Shown here piece after piece: positions 9,623-18,918 of a stretch of DNA of 64,000 nt. Numbering within the stretch: the first letter of the stretch is position 1; the number at the start of each line of letters is the position of its first letter. This stretch comes from an uncultured virus (IMG/VR IMGVR_UViG_3300046507_000662) (lineage: Duplodnaviria; Heunggongvirae; Uroviricota; Caudoviricetes), in the IMG/VR virus record IMGVR_UViG_3300046507_000662; one strand, written 5' to 3'. The notes below the pieces were generated by a model, which did no database searches, was not told where the DNA came from, and saw nothing but the letters and a program-made list of their open reading frames with translations. The position numbers and the translations under genes are program-made.

Positions 9623-11437
9623 CTACTTCCTGTACCAGTTGAGTTCGGCGGGCTTGGTCAGGGGGCTTTCGCAGACGGCCTTGTAGATCCCGCCGTAACG
9701 GATCTCGACGTTGACGAGGACGACGCGGGTGTTCTCAGCTGCGCGGACGACTCGCTTGTGGAGTTCCTGGGCTTCGCGGATCTGGATGGTGGCGGCCTCG
9801 TGGAGGCGGGTGAGGATGCCGACGAACCGGTCGCCGCCTTCGACGGTCTTGGCCATCTCGAGGAACTTGAAGGCCTTGTCGGCTTGCTGTTCGGCGTGGG
9901 CCTCGAGCTGGCGGGTGCCTTCGGCGGCCTTGCCCATGTTGGTGGCCTTCACGGCCATGCGGCGTTCGTACTGCTTGAGGTTGCGGACCTCGCCGCGGGT
10001 GTAGGTCTTCCCGCTGTCGAGGGTGACGTGGGTGTCGGTGACCTCTTTGACGTCGATGGGCTGGGGGCCTTGGGGCTGGTGGTCGGCGCTGGAGGCGGTC
10101 ACGGGCTGGTCCTTTGCTCGCTGCTGCTTGCGTGCCTCGTGCGCCTCGTCGAGACGCTGCTTCTCTCGTTCGGCGGCTTTGCTGGTGTCGTGGTGGCCGT
10201 CTTTGAAGCCGTCGCGGTAGGCCTTGACGTGGGCGGTGGCCTTGGCGGTGCGGGATCCGTCGCGGTATCCGGCTTCGCGGGACGGCTGGGTGTTGATCGG
10301 CGTGCCGCTGGCGGCCGGGTTGCTGTCCTTGCTGCTCTTTCGGGTCTTGCCGGTCTTGGTGTCCTTCTTCTCGAGGTCGACCTTCTTGGGGTCGGTGCCG
10401 GTCTTGGTGTCGCCGGCGTTGGACGGCTTGGCGGAAGACCCGACCGCGTCCGCGCCCTTGCCGTTGCTGGTCCTGCCGGACGTGGTGTCCTTGCTGCTGC
10501 CCTTGGCGTCCGTGGTGTCGGTACGACCGTTCTTCCGGGCGTCGGACTTGTTGTCGCGGTTCTTGCTCTTCTTGTCCTTGGTCAGGCTGATCCCGGAGGA
10601 GTCGCCGCAGGTCGCCGTGTCCGTCTTGGTGCCAGCCGCGTCCTTGCGGCCGTTCTTCTTGCTGTCGGTGCCGTTCTGGGAGGACCCGCTGTGGCCTTTG
10701 AAGTCGGTCTTCGAAGTCTTGGGGGAGGTTCCGCTGTTGCTGTTCCCAGCGGCGCCGCGGCCGGACGCTCCGCTCGAGCCGCGGCCACCGGCGGACCCTC
10801 CCGATCCCGACGCGCCACCACTGCCGGAACGTCCGCCAGACCGGGAACCGCCCCCCGAACCGTTGCCTGAGCTGCTGTTCTTCGACCCGCCGTTCTTCTG
10901 CGAACCGTTCTTCGATCCGCCGTTTCCGGAGCCGCCCGCACCCTTGTGCGTCTTGGAATCCAGCGACTTACCGGACGCCGTGCCGGAATTCGTGGACCCG
11001 CCCGCAAACTTTTCGGACCGGTTGACGGTGCGGGATTCCTTCGTCTGGTGTGCACTTGCTTTCGCCTTCTGAATGTCGAGGCGTTTGTTGCGTGCGTCGG
11101 CGCCTTTCTTCCACCGCTCGATAGCAGCCAGTGCAAATGCGCGCATCACTCCGGTCTGCTGCTTGTTGCTGCTGTTCTTTCCGTCCTTGGCGCCCGTGAT
11201 GTCGGTGTCGTTCTGGTAGGTGGAGCTGGAGGCGCTGGCGGGGGCCTGATCGACGCTTCCGGCGGCGTCGGGGGCGACGGCGGACGGGTCCAGGTTGAAG
11301 GCCGCAGAGGTGGGCCGGGCGGGTTCGATGGGGGCGAGCAGGCCGGTAACCGGCCCGGTGGCCGGGCCGGTTGAGGTGTCGGTCGCGGGCTGGCCGATCG
11401 GGTCGGGGACGGCTGCCGGCGCGGTGTCGCTTGCCAT
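9623..11437 (-). CDS. Conjugation-associated protein with long G/S/K-rich disordered region and helical C-terminus
   Basis: Long ORF with low-complexity middle; operonic with tra. Confidence 0.7.
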   Translation of the reverse strand: MASDTAPAAVPDPIGQPATDTSTGPATGPVTGLLAPIEPARPTSAAFNLDPSAVAPDAAGSVDQAPASASSSTYQNDTDITGAKDGKNSSNKQQTGVMRAFALAAIERWKKGADARNKRLDIQKAKASAHQTKESRTVNRSEKFAGGSTNSGTASGKSLDSKTHKGAGGSGNGGSKNGSQKNGGSKNSSSGNGSGGGSRSGGRSGSGGASGSGGSAGGRGSSGASGRGAAGNSNSGTSPKTSKTDFKGHSGSSQNGTDSKKNGRKDAAGTKTDTATCGDSSGISLTKDKKSKNRDNKSDARKNGRTDTTDAKGSSKDTTSGRTSNGKGADAVGSSAKPSNAGDTKTGTDPKKVDLEKKDTKTGKTRKSSKDSNPAASGTPINTQPSREAGYRDGSRTAKATAHVKAYRDGFKDGHHDTSKAAEREKQRLDEAHEARKQQRAKDQPVTASSADHQPQGPQPIDVKEVTDTHVTLDSGKTYTRGEVRNLKQYERRMAVKATNMGKAAEGTRQLEAHAEQQADKAFKFLEMAKTVEGGDRFVGILTRLHEAATIQIREAQELHKRVVRAAENTRVVLVNVEIRYGGIYKAVCESPLTKPAELNWYRK

Positions 11438-11555
11438 CTCAATCCTTACTGTGGGTAGTTCCTCCCGGACGCCCCCCGCCAGAAGGAAGACCGATCATGA
11501 GGTTCTGGCGTGGGGGGATCTTGCTGTTTTCCGTCGGAAGGGTCGGCGGGAGTAA

Positions 11556-12134
11556 CTACGCTGCGTTGCTCCTGGTGCCCTTCCTGACGAGGACGACGAG
11601 GCCGACGACGAAGACGCCTCCCACGAGGAAGACCCCGCTGTTGACGCCGCCCGAGGTGGCATGTGAGGACGCCGCGGTCTGCATGTCGGCGTCGCTGCCG
11701 CTGCCCGTGTACTGGGCCTGACAGGCCTCCACGATGTCCCGGTAGCTGCTGTTCAGGGACTTGCCGACGAGGTCCTTGCTGTTCGCGACGCAGGCATCGA
11801 CCTGCTTCTGCCGGACGCTGGTAGCACTGTCCTGGGTCTTGTTGACCTGGCTCTGCACCTTCAGCTTTTCCAGCTCGAGAAGGTCTTTCTTGTAGGCGAT
11901 TTCCTGCGCCTTGGCTTCACTCTGGGCCTGGTCTGCCGAATACACCTGGTAACCAACGATGCCGCCCGTGGCGATCGCGGCCGCGCTGATAGCGAGGGCA
12001 ACCTTTCCGCGCGGCGTGAGACCGGTCTTCACGGGCTTTACGGCGTGCGGGGAAAAGCCGTATGGGGTGGGATCGATGGTGGGCTGCGGGGTGAATTCGG
12101 GGCCGAATTCCTGGTCGAATTCCTCGGGAGTCAC
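11556..12134 (-). CDS. Two-TM membrane protein (tra/spd region)
   Basis: Two hydrophobic segments flanking a coiled, Cys-paired domain. Confidence 0.7.
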   Translation of the reverse strand: MTPEEFDQEFGPEFTPQPTIDPTPYGFSPHAVKPVKTGLTPRGKVALAISAAAIATGGIVGYQVYSADQAQSEAKAQEIAYKKDLLELEKLKVQSQVNKTQDSATSVRQKQVDACVANSKDLVGKSLNSSYRDIVEACQAQYTGSGSDADMQTAASSHATSGGVNSGVFLVGGVFVVGLVVLVRKGTRSNAA

Positions 12135-12137
12135 GGC

Positions 12138-12743
12138 TTATTCTCCGTTCTTTCGTGCGGCGTGGGCGGATGCGGTGATGAGGTGCTTGACCTGCGGGAA
12201 TGTGCGGCCGGTGTGGTCGTTCCAGGCGAAGAACGGTTCGTGGACGCCGTGTTCGCGGAGGGTTTGCTGCATGTAGTCGACGGCGCGGGCCCGGTTGGCG
12301 GGGGTGACGTGTCCGGTGTGCTCGAGGAGGGTCTGACCGCCGCGGATGCACATCCGGCCGGTGGGGCTGAAGTCGAGGGAGCGGGCCCAGCCATAGCGCT
12401 CGAGGACGGCCAACGTCTGGGTGAGGTGGTCGGAGGGGATGAGCGGGGTCGGGTTCTGCCACAGCCCCCACGCTTCTGCCAGGTTGCGTACGCCGCGGGG
12501 GACGAGGAGGTGCCAGCGGGACGGCCAGTCGGGTGCCACTGGCAGGACCGGAGTTGCCAGTGGCCGGCTGCCAGCAGGGGTGGGGCGGACGCGGGTTGGC
12601 ACCCCGGCCGGGTCTGCCAGCCGGGGCTCCTGGGTGCTAGGGGTGTGCCAGTCGGTGGTTGCCATCGCGTCTTCCTCTGCCAGTGCTGGCAGGTGTCGGT
12701 CGGGTCGATTGGCAGTGGGCTGCCAGTTGCCAGTGCTAGTCAT
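12138..12743 (-). CDS. DUF6197-like protein
   Basis: LERYGW...CIRGG...WND...RTF motif; ATGA coupling to upstream gene (alternative start 12665). Confidence 0.65.
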   Translation of the reverse strand: MTSTGNWQPTANRPDRHLPALAEEDAMATTDWHTPSTQEPRLADPAGVPTRVRPTPAGSRPLATPVLPVAPDWPSRWHLLVPRGVRNLAEAWGLWQNPTPLIPSDHLTQTLAVLERYGWARSLDFSPTGRMCIRGGQTLLEHTGHVTPANRARAVDYMQQTLREHGVHEPFFAWNDHTGRTFPQVKHLITASAHAARKNGE

Positions 12744-13133
12744 GAGGCGATCCGGAGGGGCTTTGCCAGCTCGGGGTGGCCGTCGTTGATGGCCTGGGTG
12801 CGGAGCTGCTGGGCACGGGAGCGGGAGACGCCGAGGGCTTCGCCGAGCCTGGCGTCGGACGGGGCCTTGCCGTCCTTCTCCTGCAGCAGCTGGTAGGTGG
12901 CGACGACGTGGTCGGTGGCAATCGGGTTGGTAGTGCTGGCAGAGGTGGTAGCAGCGCTGGCACTGGCAGGACTGGCGTTGGTAGCCGGGCTGTTGGCACT
13001 GGCAGGGTGGGGGGCGTTGGCAGGTGCCGGGCTGGCACTGGCAGTCGTGGTGTTGGCAGCCGGGGTGGCAGGTGCGGCGCTGGCACTGGCAGGGCTGGTA
13101 GTGCGGCTGGCAGCCGCCTGCTTGGCACTGGCA
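12477..13133. repeat. Dense TGCCA/TGGCA pentamer array with polarity switch
   Basis: About 12 TGCCA in 12477-12768 and 16 TGGCA in 12916-13133, counted by eye. Confidence 0.75.
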
Positions 13134-14383
13134 CTGTCCGCGCGGCGGAGCATCTCGACGGCGCGGGTGCTGGCGTCCAGCTTCTTCTCGGCTTCCTTCC
13201 GGGCGCGCTCTTCGTTCTCGCGGCGAACCTGAGCGGCTCGGGCAGCCTTCTCCTGCTCGGCCGTGATGAGGCGGGTGTGCTCGAGTTGCTCGTTGCGCCG
13301 GCGTCGGTCGTCTTCGTCCTGGGCGGCCTGGCGGCGGCGGTCGGCTTCGGCCTCGTTCTCCTGCTGCTGCCGCTGGATCTCGGCGAGGTCGGCGCGGGTC
13401 TGGGCGTCGGCGAGCAGCTTCTGCCGGTTGGCCTCGTCCTTCTCCTGCTGGACCTGGATGGCTTTGCGCTCGAGTTCGAGGCGCTCCTCCTCGATGCGGC
13501 GGGCCTGCTCTTCGTCGGCTTCCTTCTGCTCGCGGCGCTCGTTCTCGGCCTGGCGGCGGCGGTCGGCTTCGGCGCGCTCCCGGTTCCGCTTGATGCGGTC
13601 CTCCTCGGCGCGCTGCTTCTCCGCCTCCTTGGCGGGGAGCGCGAGGGCCTCGGTGACGCTCATGCCGTCCTTGGACAGCTGGAGGATGAGCAGCTGGTCG
13701 GCGGTGGCCTTGCGGCGCCATCCGCGGCCGTAGGTGCCGCGGAGCTGCCCGATATAAATGCGGCGCTCCCGCTCGAGCTCGAGGACGGTGTCCCACAGGC
13801 GGATCTTCCACAGGCGTTGGCGGCGCCACAGGATGAACGTGCCGGCCGGGTTGAGGAGCCAGCGGGAGGCGTTGGGGCCTTCGAGGTGCTTGTCGGCGGT
13901 GATGTCGGCGATGCGGCCGATGGCGTGCCGGGCGGCTTCGACGGCGATGACGAAGAGGACGGGGATGACGCCGTGCATGGAGACGCCGACGGGGTCGGGC
14001 CAGGCGGCGACGGCGTTGAAGGCGATGGTGGCGGCGGTGAGGCCCCATGCGGTGTAGCGGAGGAGGGGGAAGCCGATGCGGCGCCAGGTGAGGAGGAGGT
14101 CGAGGGCGAGGAAGGCGATGATGCCGGCGTCGACGGCGATGGGGAAGGCGTGGGCGAACTCGCCGAAGCCCTTGCGGATGGCGAGGTGGGTGACGGCGCT
14201 GTAGGAGCCGATGAAGCCGAGGGTGGCGATGATGAGGACGGCGCCGACGACGACGCCGGTGAGGGTCTTCTGGGTGCGGGTGAGGGGCTGCGTGATGGGG
14301 GGCTGCCCCGGCGCGGTGGGCGCGAGGGTGCCGTCCACGGCGGGGCGGGTCGGCTCGGTGCCGGGGGCCGGGGTGGCGGTCAT
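12740..14383 (-). CDS. DUF2637/SpdB-like membrane protein with coiled coil and C-terminal HTH
   Basis: 4 TM segments (FIGSYSA...FPIAVD...TIAFN...HGVIP), long coiled coil, LGEALGVSRSRAQQL HTH. Confidence 0.8.
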   Translation of the reverse strand: MTATPAPGTEPTRPAVDGTLAPTAPGQPPITQPLTRTQKTLTGVVVGAVLIIATLGFIGSYSAVTHLAIRKGFGEFAHAFPIAVDAGIIAFLALDLLLTWRRIGFPLLRYTAWGLTAATIAFNAVAAWPDPVGVSMHGVIPVLFVIAVEAARHAIGRIADITADKHLEGPNASRWLLNPAGTFILWRRQRLWKIRLWDTVLELERERRIYIGQLRGTYGRGWRRKATADQLLILQLSKDGMSVTEALALPAKEAEKQRAEEDRIKRNRERAEADRRRQAENERREQKEADEEQARRIEEERLELERKAIQVQQEKDEANRQKLLADAQTRADLAEIQRQQQENEAEADRRRQAAQDEDDRRRRNEQLEHTRLITAEQEKAARAAQVRRENEERARKEAEKKLDASTRAVEMLRRADSASAKQAAASRTTSPASASAAPATPAANTTTASASPAPANAPHPASANSPATNASPASASAATTSASTTNPIATDHVVATYQLLQEKDGKAPSDARLGEALGVSRSRAQQLRTQAINDGHPELAKPLRIAS

Positions 14384-14414
14384 CGGGATCGGTGTCCTTC
14401 CTGGAGTGGGATCG

Positions 14415-14723
14415 TCAGAGGTGGATGGCGCGGCACTCGTTGGCGTGCTTGTTCGCCTTGCTGCGCATGAAGCTGAGCCAGTCATGCTGGGGGAATTCCG
14501 AGGTGGCTTTGCAGCCGTGGCACTGCCACCGGTTGTCCTGGAGGTACTCGGTTCCGGTGACGTCGACGTAGGATCCGCCGACCGTCTGGAACCTGATCTG
14601 CAGGTTCTCGGGACGGTCCGGCTGCTGGTTCTGGTTGGTCTCTGCGGCGCCGGTGTCCGTGGCGGGGGTCTCGGGGGTCGGGGTGTCCTGCTGGGGGCGG
14701 CGGGCGAAGAGGGTGGCGAGCAC
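14415..14723 (-). CDS. Small zinc-binding hypothetical protein
   Basis: WQCHGC...HANEC; leader GGAAGGA. Confidence 0.7.
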   Translation of the reverse strand: MLATLFARRPQQDTPTPETPATDTGAAETNQNQQPDRPENLQIRFQTVGGSYVDVTGTEYLQDNRWQCHGCKATSEFPQHDWLSFMRSKANKHANECRAIHL

Positions 14724-14766
14724 GGGATCGATGTCCTTCCGGTGGGTTCGGGCGGATGGGCTGGGG

Positions 14767-14985
14767 TCAGTGGCTGTGGTGGATGGCGGGCTCGAGGTCC
14801 GCGAGTGCGGTGGTGGCGGCGAGGGACTCGAGCGCGTCGGCGATGCGGTCCAGGGCGACGGCCTTGGCGAGAGCGGCGTGGACTTCGGCCTCGTGGAGCT
14901 TGCTGGCGGTGGGGCGGGGCATGCCGTCCCCGGGGAGGAGTGCCTGGCGGGCGAGCTTGCGGTATTCGGCGGCGGTGTCGGCCAT
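14767..14985 (-). CDS. Small hypothetical protein
   Basis: MADTAAEY...; leader CCGGAAGGACACC. Confidence 0.65.
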   Translation of the reverse strand: MADTAAEYRKLARQALLPGDGMPRPTASKLHEAEVHAALAKAVALDRIADALESLAATTALADLEPAIHHSH

Positions 14986-15008
14986 GGGGTTCGGTGTCCT
15001 TCCGGTGG

Positions 15009-15167
15009 TCAGGCGGCGAGGGTCGGGGTGGCGGTCTGGGTGAGCTGGGGGGCGGTGGGCCGCTCGAGGGTGGCGTTGGATTCGGTGAGGAGCCAATACA
15101 GCTCGTAGGTGTAGTCGGACCAGGTGGTGGGCTCGCCGTGCTCGGCGCGGAACTCCTGGGCGGTCAT
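15009..15167 (-). CDS. 52-aa hypothetical protein (absent from ORF track)
   Basis: Manually translated MTAQEFRAEHGEPTTWSDYTYELYWLL...; leader CCGGAAGGACC. Confidence 0.6.
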   Translation of the reverse strand: MTAQEFRAEHGEPTTWSDYTYELYWLLTESNATLERPTAPQLTQTATPTLAA

Positions 15168-15212
15168 CGGGTTGGTCCTTCCGGCGAGGTGCGGGCGGGT
15201 GGTCGGGGTGGG

Positions 15213-15347
15213 TCAGTAGCCGTTGTTGATGCAGGCGGCGCAGGTGCCGCCGGGCCAGTTGTCAAACCAGCCGGAGCAGACGTTGCACTGGCCGGCGTTC
15301 GCGACCACGTGCCACAGGCGGATGGCCTTCTTCTTCAGGTCCTTCAT
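15213..15347 (-). CDS. 44-aa C4 zinc-finger peptide
   Basis: CNVC...CAAC; leader CCGGAAGGAGCACC. Confidence 0.6.
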   Translation of the reverse strand: MKDLKKKAIRLWHVVANAGQCNVCSGWFDNWPGGTCAACINNGY

Positions 15348-15439
15348 GGGTGGTGCTCCTTCCGGTGGTGCGGGGCGGGTGGTTGCTGGTCGTGCTCGGC
15401 ACCGGGCCACCGTGGTGGCTGACCCGGCACCGGGCGCGG

Positions 15440-15652
15440 TCAGAGCGGGTTAAGGACGTCGTTCAGGGCGTCGCTGGACGTGCGGGCCGCTGCGGCGATC
15501 TCGCGGCGCTCATCGGCTGCGCGCTGCTGCGTGTCGGCCGCGATGGTCTTCCCTTCGGTCCTGAGACGGTCGGCGAGCGACTGCTTGCCGGCGGCCCACC
15601 GGTCGTGGTCGGCGGCGATCCGCTCGCGCTGAGCTGCGGTGTAGCGGGTCAT
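15440..15652 (-). CDS. Small helical hypothetical protein
   Basis: RBS AGGAAGGA. Confidence 0.65.
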   Translation of the reverse strand: MTRYTAAQRERIAADHDRWAAGKQSLADRLRTEGKTIAADTQQRAADERREIAAAARTSSDALNDVLNPL

Positions 15653-15668
15653 GGCAGTTCCTTCCTGG

Positions 15669-16085
15669 TCAGAGCGGGTTGAGGTCGTAGATGGTCTTGG
15701 CGATGTCGCCGCGGGGGGTGATGTAGGCGTCGTGGTCGGCGAAGTCGGCGCCCGCGGTGCGGGCCTGGTCCTGGGTGTCGGTGGGGAGGGTGCGGAGTGC
15801 CGGGTTCTCGTCGGCGTTGAGCAGCCGGGCGACGAGGGCGGCGATGAGGGCGGCCACGTCGATCTGCGTGCCCGGCTGGTCGGTGGATCCGGCGAGCATG
15901 GTGACGACGGTCTGCGTCTGGGGGATCGTCAGCCGGTCCAGGGCCAGGAGCCGTACACCGTCGGCGATGAGGTCCAGGCCGGGGTGGAAGCCCACGATGT
16001 CGTCGAGGAGGCCGGCGAGGTCGTCGTTCAGGGGCGGGACCGCGTTGTCCGCGGTGTGCACGTGCGTGCCCTGGTGCGCGGCCAT
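15669..16085 (-). CDS. Hypothetical protein
   Basis: Coupled to upstream gene. Confidence 0.65.
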   Translation of the reverse strand: MAAHQGTHVHTADNAVPPLNDDLAGLLDDIVGFHPGLDLIADGVRLLALDRLTIPQTQTVVTMLAGSTDQPGTQIDVAALIAALVARLLNADENPALRTLPTDTQDQARTAGADFADHDAYITPRGDIAKTIYDLNPL

Positions 16086-16642
16086 CAGTCGTCGTCCTCG
16101 TCCGCGTACGGGTCGGCGATCTCGCCGAACACGTCATCCAGGGCGCGGACCGTGGTGGGCAGGTCGACCTCCCGGTGGTCCAGGACCACCTTGTTCATCT
16201 CCCGCGGGTCCAGGTCGCAGAACAGGTCCACCAGGTCGGCGGCCATGTCAGCGTGGTCGGCGGCGAACGCATCCCGGTCGGCCTGCGAGTTCTCGCAGCC
16301 CTCGCGGCGCATGTACGTGTAAAACTCTTCGAATGCCGGGACGGGCTTCTGGTCGACGGCCGCGTAGTGGTTCAGGGAGTCGACCTCGTCGGCGATGGAT
16401 TCGGCCTGCTTCGCCGTCAGATCAATGCTGTGGCACAGGGGCGCGTCTTCACCGGTGAGACCGATAGGCGCCAGGTTCAGGCGGATCGTCTTTTTGTCGT
16501 CGTCGCCGATCAGGCCCAGCAGGTTGAATGCCTCGTGCAGGTGCTTGATGGCCCGGTTGCGGGCTTCCTTTTGCGCGGCGCAGAGGGGGCAGCCGTCGAT
16601 CAGGCGACCGGTCGGGCCGTGCGAGTGGCCAGCGAACATCAC
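16085..16642 (-). CDS. Hypothetical protein
   Basis: Coding-like; GTGA overlap with upstream gene. Confidence 0.65.
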   Translation of the reverse strand: MMFAGHSHGPTGRLIDGCPLCAAQKEARNRAIKHLHEAFNLLGLIGDDDKKTIRLNLAPIGLTGEDAPLCHSIDLTAKQAESIADEVDSLNHYAAVDQKPVPAFEEFYTYMRREGCENSQADRDAFAADHADMAADLVDLFCDLDPREMNKVVLDHREVDLPTTVRALDDVFGEIADPYADEDDD

Positions 16643-16863
16643 GCGTCACCGCCCTTCGCGATGACGAGGAAGGAGTCGGCGGCGAGGTTCATGACCACGG
16701 TGGCGTTGATGCCCTCGTTGCGGCGGGCGGTGGCGAACTCCTCAGCCGGCCAGCTGCCGCGCGGGGCGCCGGCGGGAAACGTCTCGAGAATGGTCGGCGC
16801 CGCCTGGTGGACGAAGTCGTCGGGGTGCGGTGCCATGGGAATGCTTGCCGTGAGATCCTGCAT
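16639..16863 (-). CDS. Small hypothetical protein (first gene of leftward operon)
   Basis: MQDLTAS... after RBS AGGAGG. Confidence 0.6.
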   Translation of the reverse strand: MQDLTASIPMAPHPDDFVHQAAPTILETFPAGAPRGSWPAEEFATARRNEGINATVVMNLAADSFLVIAKGGDA

Positions 16864-16994
16864 GCGGATCTGGCCTCCTGTTGTGGCAGGTAGGGCGGTT
16901 CCAAGTCCCTTTCGGTGCGGGAACACCGAGTGGGAGAAACGGCCCCGGTCCGGCGATGAGCTGAGCCGGGGTCGTTTCGTTGTGCTGATAAGAG

Positions 16995-17037
16995 AGTCCA
17001 ACACCTGGTGGACTTTGTCAACAGGGTTGGGCCATAC
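16995..17037. promoter_or_regulatory. Divergent promoters with AGTCCA-N8-TGGACT operator
   Basis: Minus-strand TTGACA at 17015-17020, plus-strand CATACT at 17032-17037, inverted repeat at 16995-17014. Confidence 0.55.
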
Positions 17038-17086
17038 TGAGGGAGCGTCATTGGCAAACGAGAGAGACAAGGAGGTCCCGCGGTTG

Positions 17087-17323
17087 ATGACCATCCCGGA
17101 GATTGCGGAACATCGCGGGCTCAGCCGCCAGCGCGTGCATCGCATTGCCCGGTCTGATCCGAAGTTCCCGCCGCCCGTGGTGGAACCAGGCACAACGCGC
17201 CTGAAGTACCCAACCGACGCGGTCGACGAGTACTTCGATACGCGGGTCCTCCAGCCAGGCCGGCGTACAGACCTGGAAACGAAGCCGAGACAGGGGAAGC
17301 CGGATGAGGACGACGAGAGCTGA
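17087..17323 (+). CDS. AlpA/Xis-like HTH regulator
   Basis: IPEIAEHRGLSRQRVHRI...FPPP; RBS AAGGAGG. Confidence 0.75.
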   Translation: MTIPEIAEHRGLSRQRVHRIARSDPKFPPPVVEPGTTRLKYPTDAVDEYFDTRVLQPGRRTDLETKPRQGKPDEDDES

Positions 17324-17409
17324 CAGTGCGCTCGCATGCGGCCCTCCGGAGTCGTCGATCAGTGCTGACTCCATGCCAGCACCCGCCGTACCCCCCGGAG
17401 TTGAGGCCA

Positions 17410-17445
17410 CTGTTGGCAATCAGGCCCACGACGATTTGCCAACAG
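17410..17445. promoter_or_regulatory. Inverted repeat upstream of XRE regulator
   Basis: CTGTTGGCAA-N16-TTGCCAACAG. Confidence 0.5.
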
Positions 17446-17509
17446 ACAAAGACCGCGAACAGGGCACCAAGCCCTCCCGACGAGATGAGAGAGGAGGAAG
17501 ACTCGGCGC

Positions 17510-18715
17510 ATGACGACCTTCCCGGAACTGCTCCGTGAGTGGCGCCTGGCTGCCCACATGTCCCTTGCGGACCTGGCCCAGCGCGTCCGCTACGACCGCA
17601 CGTCGCTGCACAACTTCGAGACCGGCCGCCGGCCGACCCCGTTGTCTGTGGCGGAAGCCGCGGACGAAGCGACCGGCGCGAACGGCGCGCTAATAGAGGC
17701 GTGGAACCGGGAGGACCTACAGCGGCGGGAGGCTGCGGCGACGCACCGGGTGAGGGCTGCGGCCCTGGCCATGACGCGGGATCTGACCGCGCTGGCGGAC
17801 CTGGACATCGCGGAGCTGCAGGACGGTGTGGCCGTCACGGCGGTCGACTATCTGGCGTCTCCCCCGGGTCCGATGATGGACCGGGCGCACGTGCTGCGCG
17901 GTGAAGCGTTCGAGCGGATTCGGTCTGGGCATCACCGTCCGGCTGACCGGTCCGATCTGTACGTGGCCGCGGGCCGCCTGTCCGGGGTGCTGTCGTACGC
18001 GCTGCTGGATATGGGCGATGCGGACGAGGCGCTCGAGCACGCCACCGCGGCGGGCCGGTGTGCCGAGTTCGCCGGGGACGCCGAGCTGGCGGCGTGGGTG
18101 GCGGGTACGAGGTCGCTGATCGCGCGCTTCCAGGGCGACTACGGGCGCGCGCTGGAGTACATCCGGGACGGCTACCAGTGGGTTGGGGCCGGGCACGGCA
18201 CCGGCGAAGCGCGTCTGCGCTGCGGTGAGGCCCAGTGCCTCGCGAACCTCGGTGACAGCAGGGCCGCGAACCAGGCCCTGGACGGCGCCGAAGCCGCGCG
18301 GGAACGGATCCGCCGACCGGACTCTCTCGAGGGTCTGTTCGGGTTCTCGAGGGCGAAACAGTCCTACTACGCCGGGTCCAGCTTGATCTGGCTGCAGGGC
18401 GGACACGACGCAGAGCGCGCGGCGCGGGAAGCCCTCGAGGCGATCGCGCTGTGGCAGTCCGGTCCGGTGGAGGAGCGGTCGCTGGATGACGAGCGGCTCG
18501 CCCACATCTACCTCGCCACGGCCCGGGTGCAGCTCGACGACGTGGAGGGCGCGGCCGATGCCCTGGTGCCGGTCCTGTCGTTGCCAGTGGAAGAACAGAT
18601 TTCGTGGATCGTGAAGCGGATGGATCGGGTGGCGGGAATGCTCGGTGCTCCCCGGTACGCCGGTAATCAGACGGCTACCGAGACTGTCGAGCAGATCAAC
18701 GCCCTCGCGGCGTGA
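17510..18715 (+). CDS. XRE-family HTH regulator with helical-repeat (TPR-like) C-terminus
   Basis: LREWR...SLADLAQRVRYDRTSLHNFETGRR HTH; Ala-rich helical repeats; RBS GAGGAGG. Confidence 0.85.
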   Translation: MTTFPELLREWRLAAHMSLADLAQRVRYDRTSLHNFETGRRPTPLSVAEAADEATGANGALIEAWNREDLQRREAAATHRVRAAALAMTRDLTALADLDIAELQDGVAVTAVDYLASPPGPMMDRAHVLRGEAFERIRSGHHRPADRSDLYVAAGRLSGVLSYALLDMGDADEALEHATAAGRCAEFAGDAELAAWVAGTRSLIARFQGDYGRALEYIRDGYQWVGAGHGTGEARLRCGEAQCLANLGDSRAANQALDGAEAARERIRRPDSLEGLFGFSRAKQSYYAGSSLIWLQGGHDAERAAREALEAIALWQSGPVEERSLDDERLAHIYLATARVQLDDVEGAADALVPVLSLPVEEQISWIVKRMDRVAGMLGAPRYAGNQTATETVEQINALAA

Positions 18716-18918
18716 CGAAAGGAGTGGTGCAGGTGCGTAGCCCGCCCTGAACAGCAGAGACGGCCGATCCGGGTTGCCCCGGTCGACCGCCTCCACGCCG
18801 GCGTACTGCGAATACGACCCGGCAGCACAGAGACCCCCTCGTGAAAGAAGGACCTGCACATGCGAAGCCTGCCACATTCTTGCGTTCAGCCCGAGATTAA
18901 GACCGCAGGTATGGCCCG

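Noticed and set aside
10400..11000. Repetitive G/S/K-rich coding stretch as a DNA repeat element
   Set aside because: Explained by a low-complexity protein linker; no exact periodic unit.
18718..18749. AAAGGAG followed by a 5-8 codon ORF after the XRE regulator as a cognate signal peptide
   Set aside because: Too short, no signal sequence; chance occurrence likely.
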